In this document: piece after piece, positions 26,960 to 36,890 of the stretch | Position numbering within the stretch: the stretch's first letter is position 1 | Layout of the letters: each line of letters starts with the position of its first letter | From: Lama guanicoe | Taxonomy: Eukaryota | NCBI GenBank assembly: GCA_013239625.1 | Contig: MU054187.1 | Span: 16,012,941 to 16,076,940, forward strand | Length of the DNA: 64,000 nucleotides | Direction: 5' to 3' | Position numbers and translations under genes: made by a program | The notes under the pieces: model-generated | Seen by the model: the letters and a program-made list of their open reading frames with translations, nothing else | The model's database searches: none | What the model was told of the DNA's origin: nothing

Positions 26960-27580
26960 AAATAAATAACAGAAGTTGAAATTTATTGGACAAACATTCA
27001 CTAAGATTAGCTCAAACAAAAAAGAATGTAAAGGAGGATTGCGTGTACGTTTTCATGCTACTAAAACACAGCCAGATTTCATGAGAACTAGAGAACTTCA
27101 AAGCCTAGGACGCTTCTGCTCACTTGGATGTGGTTGTATGCTTAATCAGTCTCTCTCTCTCTTTGTCCCTCTCTGTGTCTGTCTCACTCCCTCTCTCTTT
27201 CTCTCTCTATCTCTTCTCTCTGCCTTTGGGTATCATAACCTATTTTTATAAGCACATTTGCACCGTTCTTTGCTGCATGCTGGCAGGCTGGGAAGATACT
27301 TCCCTGTAATTTCAACTTGCGTTTAGCTTTGTCTTGCCCTGATGTAGACTCTGGCTTAGATTTCATAGAATCGAAGGTCCACTCTCAAGTGTTGATCAAT
27401 GCTTCTTATGTTTATTCAAATGAGAGAGAAAGAGAAAGAGAGAGAGGATTTTAGGGTTCTTCCCTGACTCAGCCTTTGGTCAGATGTCTTCCTTGGTCTA
27501 ATTAGCATTGACAGTGGATAGGTGGGTAGGAAGGTATGTGGCTTATATCTTTAAAAATTGTCTGGAGGAGACATTCTCTG
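26960..27580 (-). mobile_element. Old MLT1(K-like) LTR containing (CT)n and (GA)n tracts
   Basis: ctgactcagcctttggtcagatgtcttccttggtctaattagc. CT-rich tract at 27148-27220 and GA tract at 27422-27446. Confidence 0.45.
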
Positions 27581-30500
27581 GAAAGATGGCACAAGTGAGG
27601 TAGGAGTTTAAAATTTTATGGTCATGTGAAATGTGACACACATTATTTCTAATTCTAGACGTTGTCCCGTATAATGAGTTCTGAATATCAGAAGAGGACA
27701 CTAAGCCTCTGAAGGATTTAGGTAAAAGACTGTTACATAGCTCATCAGTGGTTTTAGACAAGATTCCAAATCCACTGCTTTCTGACCCTATAGCTGCTAT
27801 CTTGCTCATTCTACTTCTCATTGCAACATACCACTAAGAAAAAGAAGGAAGTTAAAACCAGAATGGCTGTTTGTTTAATGGCGAGTCATGCAGGCCAGAC
27901 TATAATGGACCAGGTGTTAGTAATTGTAGGCAACTAATATCCCTGACTCTTATCGCAGCTCAGACCCTGTATCAGCCTCATTCCACGCTGACGTATAGTG
28001 AGGCTCCAGGATAGGTGAGGTCTGTCTTAACACTTTTCTTGCTATTAAACAGTCTGGATGTTTAATGGTTTATTTTTAGCCTTTGCCAACAGAGCTGTTC
28101 TTCAAAATGCCATGTTTCTTACAGTGGAGGCAACAGTTATCAAACACTGGATGCAGAATTTTGGCAGAAAAGTGAAAGAAGTTATGGAGTTGTATAACAT
28201 CAGATCAAATGTAGGTTGGCATGGTTAATTAGTTAGTTGCTTTGTTCTATGGAAGGATTAACCTGTTCCTTTACAAAGAAATGAGTCTATGGAAAGAATA
28301 ATTGTAAACCAGAGGCAGAAAACTAATGCACTGAGGCAAATAAGAAGGGAAGAGGGCATGGAAACAAAATCACTGCTGAGGAAATAGGTAAAGACAGATA
28401 TCTCTTCTCAAGTGACACGAGGGAAAAGATGTGGTTGAATAAGAAAAATCTCACCGGGTACTACGTACTATATAAAGTAGGAAATTATGGCCTTTTCTAA
28501 GAATAAGGGATAAAAAAGAATTTACAACTAAGGAATGTAGAGAAGGTTTGGCATAGAATTTATCCATAAGATTCTCTTAGGTAGATTTAAACAGAATTTC
28601 ATTGACATGGATACTCCAACAGTATTAATTTACACATTTATAACAGTCTAGAGCAGGAAGTAATGTTCAATTATCTTTTGTGATTCATACTTTCTACCAT
28701 ACTAAAATTCAGATAGTAGATGCTTACTAAAAGTTTGATGAATAAATAAATCAAATAGTGAAAAAATGAACAATAATGATGGTCCGTATTTCATTTAACA
28801 TGTTCTGCCATCATATTCGGAAAATATGAGCTTATGCACCTATTTAAGGAATTTCTCAAGAGTTTTTAAAATCTGCTTATGCATATTTAAGTTAGCTATC
28901 ATATAAATTATTATAGCAATTTATATAATTAAAACTGTTTAAGTTCTGTTTGTGATATATTAAAGGGACAAGAAGAATGACTTCACTAGGAAGTATTGTT
29001 GAGAAAAATTCTCAAATTCATTTTCATAAAAAGGGAGAAATTATTGATAAACACATCTAAATTTGCAGATTGGTTATTTTCAGAGGTTATTTGGGGTCAT
29101 AATTGTAAATCTCATTACCATGCTTGAAGGAGGTCTCTTTCATTATTATGGTGCTGAGGTCCATATCCCTGAAGCTAATTGCAAGGTAGAGCTGCAGAGT
29201 TCTAATTGTTTGCCATCAAAATAGCTGTGTAAGCTTGATTAACAGTGTTCAGCAACATTCATAATAGTCCAAGCCTGGCCCTGCATAAAATAGAAACTGG
29301 GAAAAAATCAATAAGATTTAATAAGATCAGGAACAATCACTTACAATAGTACATCAATCACACAAAGTAATAGGTGCAGGATTTGATAGGGTCCTGAACT
29401 GCCTGAGAGATTCATAACCAGTACTCGTTAATGATTTGTTCATTTGCATTTTATCAATCCAGCTACAGCTGACAAGCAGAAGAAGCAGAGAAGAAATATG
29501 TTGACTTAAACTCATCAGCTTTGCAATTAAAAAAATAACGTATAATAGCAGATATCTTGTCACATGGAAATCTGATGTTATTATAGAGATGTGTGCAATT
29601 GTTGGCTCTTCAGACTGGGCTGGCAGTTAGACTTGCAGAATAGCTCACATGACAGTGTCCCGTGTGGTCACTAGGAAGTCTCAAAGCTTAGAGGGAATGT
29701 ACATGTGAATATAAATTTCCTCTCCACCTCTCATAGACCTTGATTGCATAATAATATTTAATGCAAAATGTGCATATTTCCTGTTGTTATCTCTTTGAAA
29801 TAAATGAAGCTCCCGGCTTTGCCTTAGGCAAACCCTCTATCAAATGCTAAAACAATCATAATGAGAAGGCTTTCTGGTGATTATTGCTTATCATTTTATC
29901 CTATTTCAGTTGATGTTATGACTATATAAAATAATCATGCTATATTTACCATCTATATTAAAACACATTTGGGGAAGAAATGTAAATGGGTAAGAGAATT
30001 GTGTAAACAAATTTCTGATCCTAAATAAATGATATTATTTAATGTGAAAAAAATAATCCCCTTATAAGCTTCAGAAGCATAATGAAAAGTCTGAGCTATT
30101 TCCAAGAAATTTCATGTGGATTTCTGCTTAGAAAATTCCATACAGGTTTTCTACAGAGAGAATTATGTGAGTGGCAGGAGGCAGAGCACATTGTCAGAAA
30201 CCAGCAGTGGTACCATCCAAAATGTGGATTAATTAGTCTCTGTCCAAAACTACAGTAAATAACGTGCTCCTTCAGAGAAAAACACTAGGATTCAGGTTCT
30301 TGTGAATGTTGTTTAAATGGCTGATTTCTGTATTGGATCCTTTAATTCAATCAAAGTACAGGTAAAATCCCATTATAATAGACTCCATGGGGCCTCTAAA
30401 TTGTTTTGTTGTGGTAGAATTTGGTTAAAATGAATAACTACATTTATCACATTCCCAGTATGCAGTACATACTAAAGAGACAGATTTGATGCCCAGTCTC

Positions 30501-31729
30501 TTTTCTGTTGAATTAGCACATGAAAAGAGGTGCTTTGAATAGGAAAGGAGGGACCAGGAGCAAAATGTACTGCTCACATACCTTTTAGGCTTTCTCTAAA
30601 TCCTGGATGACTTTCAAAATGGTTTTGGCATTAAGATAAAGTGTTTTTTTTTTTTCTCTCTCCTTTTAAAACATAGGATTCATTAGGCTGACTAGAATTT
30701 TGATCTCTAAAAGATTGAAGAAAATAAATAGTAATTATTATTTGTAATCCTGACAAAAATAACTGTAAAGAGTCAATTTTATGCAGTTTAATTTGCTCTT
30801 CCTACAAAGCAAACCACCCAGAATCAAGTGCTTCAATTATACAGGTTGACTCTTCTAAGGCCATTAAACAGAACACATAAGTACATTTACCAAAAATCAA
30901 TTCGTAGGATGCCAATTTGCCTAAAAGCAAATTGATAAATGTCCAATTTACTGAAAGACCAATTCACACTAGTTTTTGGCATTCAATGATTTGTTTTTGG
31001 TGAACTGACTTGCTTCAAATATACAGTTACCAGTTGTATGGGAATCATTGTTATCAGTTCTGCTGGAATATGGAAATAGTTTTAATTAATCTGAACATTC
31101 TTACCTTTCATTTACTGAAGAACCATTTTTGACTGACATTGTAACAGGCCTTGGAGATGTACATACTAATAAAGTGTGTATTCTAAATGGTCGCATTATA
31201 ATAGAAACAACATATATATTATAAATATTCTTTTTAAATATTATTAATGTGCTCTCTGGGTTCAGAAGAAGGTTGATTAATTGTGGGTAGGTATCATCTC
31301 CAAATCATGGTACTCTTGATGGTGAAAACTAAGCTATTAATAATACTTATATGGAAACAGTTAGCCTATAATAAGAACTGTTTCAGGCAAACTAGATTAT
31401 ATCCTCACTTTAGCTATAAGAGCAGAGGGTAAAGTATGGGTTGTTGTGAAGAAGGAACTGGAGACATTTGAGCTGAGATGTTAAAAATAAGTAGAATTTC
31501 CCCACTCTGGGTAAAGAAAATCCATTTCAAAGACAAATGATCATGAACAATGATAAACCAAGGAAGTGCCTTGTGTGTCCAGTCCAGTGAATGGTGGAAG
31601 ACCTAGCAAAGTAAGTTTATTATTATGGAAGACCTTCAATTTGGATTCTTTCCTGAAGGATAGAGGAATTATTTGGAAGTGTTTGCGAAGGAAATATTAA
31701 AAGAAAAGAAAAACTTATAATATTGTTTG

Positions 31730-31912
31730 AATGGTTAATATTGAATGGTAACAAAGTTACCTAGGTTTGCATGCCAGCTTCTGCACATGGGCAACTGACT
31801 TTGTTTCAAACCTGTAAGCCTCATTTTCTTCATCACATAGGATGCATATAAATCACCGATCACAATGTTTGACACAGAGTAAGCACCCAATGCTCATCAG
31901 TTGTTATTATTA
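31730..31912 (+). mobile_element. MIR fragment
   Basis: tgggcaactgactt...gcctcattttcttcatc...gacacagagtaagcacccaat...ttgttattatt. Confidence 0.55.
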
Positions 31913-32191
31913 ATAGAAAAAAAAGTGTTGTGATATAATGGAAAGAACAAATTTCAAATCCCATGTATTCAACTATGATAAAATTACCTAATGTATCTGA
32001 GCTTAAAACTGATGTTTTAGTGAGAATAAATACATCCACAGCTCTTTGAACTGTAACACACTCTTCAAATGATGGGGTTTCTATAAGATCTCAATTTCAA
32101 AAAGACAAAAAATAGATGCTAGTAGCAACCCTGAGAATGGATAAGGATGGAGACTGAGACTGAGAAAGGCAGGAAGGTTATTTCAGGGACT

Positions 32192-32707
32192 TGTGGCAGA
32201 CAGTTACTTTGTTGGTCTCCAAGGAACTAAGCCTCCTGGAATTAACACCTTTGTGTGCTCTTCTTTCCCGTCGATTCCAAACTTGAACACGCAACTGCAT
32301 GTGATCAGCTTTGGCCATGGGGCCATTAGAGGCACAGTGCAAGCAGAAGCTCAGTAAGAACTTGCACATTAGGGCTTGTCTTCTTGGAGTACTCCTAACT
32401 TGCACATTAGGCTTGTCTTCTTGGCAACTCCAGTTGCTGAGCCTTGAGGAAAACATGCAAAGGCCAAATGAGGAGAGAGAGATGCCCAGCCCGGCTCCAA
32501 TTGTTCTAACTATCCCAGCTGAGGCACCAGATAGGTGACAGAAGAAGCCCTCATGGGCATCCAAGCCCTAGCAGATACAGTGGGGAACACTGCAGGCTGT
32601 TCCAGTCAAGCCCAGTCAACATTACAGAATCACAGACAAACAAATTATTGTTTTAAGCCATTAGCTTTTAAGGTGGCTTCTTAATACAACAACAGATAAC
32701 TGCAACA
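32192..32707 (+). mobile_element. MLT1 (G/H-like) MaLR 5' LTR
   Basis: Starts tgtggcagac. Ends ttgttttaagccatt...caacagataactgcaaca (TG...CA termini). Confidence 0.8.
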
Positions 32708-33651
32708 GAAGGTGGTTCCCAGAAGTACAGTGCTATCATAACGAATAGTAAAATACATGGCGTATGCTTTGGGACCAGGTGGCAGGCGAAGGACTGATGA
32801 ACATAAAGGAAATTGCTATTAGAGGCTAAAGTAAAGAGGACTCAAATTCTGTGCTACAGAACAATTAGTGAGAATGCCATCTGCAATACCATGAAAAAGT
32901 ACTAGTAGCTCTGATAAGGTTTCTGGAAAAAATATTGAAAGCACCAGCTGGATACATTTGGTTTCCTGTACAAAACATGGGAGACATTAGATGAACCAAA
33001 GAAATAACCGTTCAGTATTTAAGCAAAATTAGAGGAAATGTAAAGGAGATACATCTGGTATAACTTGCTGTGTTAAAAGTAAAAATTGTTCCTGTCATCA
33101 GGGTTTCCTTGCAAAAGACTCCGAAAATTAGAAACTAATTCAGATAAAGGTCATATTCTGGGTGCTGCTAGTAACACACAGCCTCATAGCGAACATCAAG
33201 CCTCAGGTGAGAGTGACGGACACTTTTTAAGGCCTCAGAAAGATTGAAAGCTGTGCTGCAGAAAACTGGATGAAGAGGCTTCTTAGAATCTTAAAGGTGT
33301 CCACACGTCCAAATCACAAAGTTTCAAGAGAATTGTATTGGGTGAACCACCACCAGGTTGGATTAAAAGAGCTGATATAATTAAAAAAAAAAAAGTCTGT
33401 TCTGTGAGAAGGAAGAAGGTTGAAAAGGCTACTCAGTTGCAAATATGGGCCATTTTTTTTTTTTTATGAAAAGAAAGAAAACTCTGAGGGTAGATCCAAG
33501 GGCGAAGATGTCTGAGCTGAAGCTGTGTGGAACCACTTCAAGGGAGCAAAATTGGGCCCTAAGCAAAGAGCTTGTGAGATAATAAACAGGGATTGTTTTA
33601 AGCCACTAAGTTTTGTGCTAATTTTCCATGACAGCAATAAAAAACAAAACA
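32708..33651 (+). mobile_element. MLT1 internal sequence plus 3' LTR terminus
   Basis: gaaggtggttcccagaagtacagtgctatcataac...gctttgggaccaggtggcagg directly follows the LTR, as MaLR-int does. A second LTR end tgttttaagccactaagttttg...cagcaataaaaaacaaaaca is at about 33595-33651. Confidence 0.65.
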
Positions 33652-33699
33652 AACAAACAAAAAAACTCTATGCTCTGTTCTCCAGATTCTGTTATTTGC

Positions 33700-34530
33700 T
33701 ACTGGCTTATTTTGGACACCATTTATGCATCACTTCAGAACCTGTTGGCCTTATCTGTCTTTTATTTTATCCACTAATGTAGTGACCAGTTCTGCAAACG
33801 CCCTGATAAACAGAATTATCTTGACATTCTGCAGATGCCATGCCGTCATATTGGTTCACAATATTGATAATATTATTTCAGCTGAACCCGGTGAGCAAGG
33901 ATCGGGAAGGATGCTTGATGCCTAGTAAACCACAAGGCATGTGTGAAACGGTGGACTATTAAGCCTTAGGGAAAAAAAAAAGTGAACATTTTAGGAGTTT
34001 GAAGATACGTGGCATCCGTCCTGAGATTTCCCCTTCCCCTTCCTCTTTTTTTTCCCCCCAAATTTCTCTAGCAGTTCACAATTGCCGCAAAGAATTCCAG
34101 TGTTTGGTGGAATTCTGTGCATTTTGAAGGCAATTTGTACTGCCTTTGGTTACAGAAAGCTGCCAGTTTCAAACAGAGTCTCCGTTAAATTACAATCTTC
34201 CCTGGCACATGGGCTATGTGCTCAAGTCAACCTGATGGTGTTAGTAGCACCTCTGTTGCATAAAGCTTCCATGTGGCAAGCTTCAGTGGTAGACATGAAG
34301 TATAGAGCAAAGATATAACCTTCTGTAGTTAAAAATAAGTATTCTAAAAATATCTCCAGTAGCTCTGGCCCCCATAGCTTTTCCCCTAATGTTCTACATT
34401 ACTTTTTTGCATAAATTGTATTTGGCCAACATCTGAACTGACCCTGTGATGAACTGGCATTGTACTGCCCATCACTCATAAAAATTAGGCTCCATACAGT
34501 AGGTTCATAGCCAGATACAATCGGGGGCAT
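33700..34530 (+). mobile_element. Decayed ERVL pol fragment (RT, tether, start of RNase H-like region)
   Basis: Colinear peptides LVHNIDNIISAEPGEQ (ERVL LVHYIDDIMLIGPSEQ), QCLVEFCAF*RQ (QxLVGLFGFWRQ), QKAASF (RKAASF), QSSLAHG...LMVL (QAALPLG...PMVL) and PVMNW (PIMNW). Many stops and frameshifts. Confidence 0.8.
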
Positions 34531-34539
34531 GAGCAATCT

Positions 34540-34960
34540 GAAAGTGCCAGAGTGATCACTTCTTTCATACCACTTCTGAGACTCCATCTCAAGTGCTTCT
34601 TGCCAGCCACCTCTATGGAAACCAGTTCAGCACAGCTTTATGTAACGTCCTAGTTGACATCACTTTACCTCAAGCCCATGCTGCACACCTTTAACCTCCT
34701 TTCCTAAAAATTCTCTGTTTGATTCTACAGTGTCAGCTGAGAAGGAACCCATTCTATTCAGATGCATGTGCAATTTGAAAGAATAGGGGTGTTATTATCC
34801 ATTAGGCAACCCATAAAATAGTAAAAAATGGTAGCTAGTAGAAAAATGCTTTTCTAGTTCTCCTCATCAAAAGACAATCCTGAAAGACATGTCGTATAGT
34901 TTATCGGAGTCTCATAGATTGACACAACTAATAATCAACAAAGGCTGTCTTGAAAGCTCA
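34540..34960 (+). mobile_element. LTR33-like ERVL LTR
   Basis: ttgacatcactttacctcaagcccatgc...ggcaaccc...aaatgcttttc...gacaatcctgaaagacatg resembles the recalled LTR33 consensus. Confidence 0.55.
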
Positions 34961-34974
34961 TATCTTTTGCAAAT

Positions 34975-36890
34975 ATAGTAAAACTACTCTTTTTAACCTA
35001 TTGAGAGTAAGTTGCTGACATGATGTTTTATTACCCCCAAATGTTTAAGTGGGGAGTTCCTGCAAAGGCATTCTCCTACGTAACCACAATATTATAATCA
35101 ACATTAAGAAATAAACATTGACACATTACTGTATCAACTGTATCTGACACCTGAATGGTGCCAGAGAGATCAACATAAGGACTCATTCTTTTTTTGCCAA
35201 TTATTTCAAAAATTTGTTTTATAGAAAAAGGATCCAATCTAAGATCACACATTGATTTTAGTTGTCATGTCTTTTCAATCTTCATCAATCTGAAATAGTC
35301 ACTCTCTCCCTGACTTTTATAACCTTGACATGTTTAAATATTATAGATAAGCTATTTTGCATAATGTCACTCAACTTGGGTTTGTCTGATGTTTCTTCAT
35401 GATTAAATTCACATTATTCATTTTGGCAAGAACATTATAGAGGTAATCTTGTGTTCCTCTTATTCCATTTTATCAGGTTGTACATGATTTTGATTTGTCA
35501 ATTGATATGTTAATTTTAATCATTTGATTAATGTGGTGTCTACTTGGTTTTTCCATTGTAAAGTTACTGTTTTTACCTTTTTGTAATTAATAAGTATTCT
35601 ATGGGAAGCTTCTTTGAAACTGGATAAATATTCCTTTTATGAAAAAAAAATTAACCCACCAATCTTAGTATCTGTTGATGTCCACTGTGGTAGTTGCCAA
35701 ATAATTATTTTCTAATTCTAATTCCATAATTCCTATTAAATGTATTAACATCCTATTGTAAGGAAAAGCTTTTCTCTCTCTCTCTTTCTCTCATTCTGTA
35801 TGTGTATACACACACACACACATACACATATATATTTACACCAGTATGGCCTATGGGTTTCTATTTTATTCAGTGGGTTATAATCCATTACTATTGTTAT
35901 GTATTTTAATGTTCAAATTATCCCATATTTTGTAAGTGGGAACCCCTTCAAGCTGACTTTTGTGTCTTTTTGGCATGTCTCATAATACTTTTAGCACCTT
36001 AAAAATTTTTGTCACAAGATGTTCCCGGCTCATATTGTACTTTCTCTGACCAAGTCCTTGTCCCCCAAGAATTGCCACTTCCAAGAATTTTCATCAGTCA
36101 TTATGTTCTAGTTTCTGAGCCCCAGTGCTCTGTTACTCCAGGGAAGAAATTCATACTTTTCCCACTACAGAGCTTATTAGTTTTTCAAAATTACAATTAG
36201 CTAAGTATATGTTATTCAGATTTAAAAATTTTACATGCATTAAAATTCATACTGTTGGGTCAACAGTTGTATAAGTTTTGATAGACACATACACTCCTAA
36301 TCACCAGCACAATTAAGATACAGTATATTTCCATCATTCCCACCCATGTGTTACTCCTTGTATTTAAGTCCCCCTATCTATCTTAACCCTTGGTAGCCAA
36401 TAATCTGTTCTCCATTCTTATAATTTTGTCATTTCTAAAATGTCATATTAGAGGAATGGTAGAATTTTTAGCTTTCTACTGACTTCTTTTACTTACCCTA
36501 ATGTATTTGATTCACACACATAGTTGCAAGTTGCAATAGTCAATTCCTTATCATTGCTGAGTAATGTTCCTTTACATGAATATGCTACATTTTGTTTTCC
36601 CTTTCTCACTTGAGAGACATTTGGGCTGTTTCCAGTTTTGTGCCATTGCAAATAAGGCTGCTATAAACATACATAGACAGCTTTCTGTGTTAATGTAACA
36701 CTATCAAACTGCTGTCCAGAATGGTTGTATCATTTTCACCAGAAGTAGGATGCTGTCTACAGCTCAGGATGCTCCACATCCTTGTCATTACCTGGAATTG
36801 TCAGTTTTCATTTTAATTTTATAGCCATTCTATTAAGTAACTCACTTTGGATTTAATTTACATTTTTCTAATGATTAATGATATTGAACA
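34975..36890 (-). mobile_element. L1MC/L1ME-type 3' ends (two fragments)
   Basis: gagagtaagttgctgacatgatg...tttagttgtcatgtc...aaccccttcaagctgac. From about 36220, L1 3'UTR and ORF2-end text (gacatttgggctgtttccagttttg; atagccattcta). Confidence 0.8.
35771..35838. repeat. (CT)n-(CA)n-(TA)n compound microsatellite
   Basis: Seen directly. Confidence 0.85.

Noticed and set aside
30884..30970. CRISPR-like or prokaryotic array
   Set aside because: The context is mammalian, the units are degenerate with no unique spacers, and there are no cas genes.
32178..32564. 128-aa minus-strand ORF
   Set aside because: Lies almost entirely within the MLT1 LTR and includes the tandem duplication.
33825..33902. 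Exon-like cassette ctgcag|ATGCC...CCCG|gtgagc
   Set aside because: Falls inside the ERVL pol fossil, and its peptide is explained by decayed RT.
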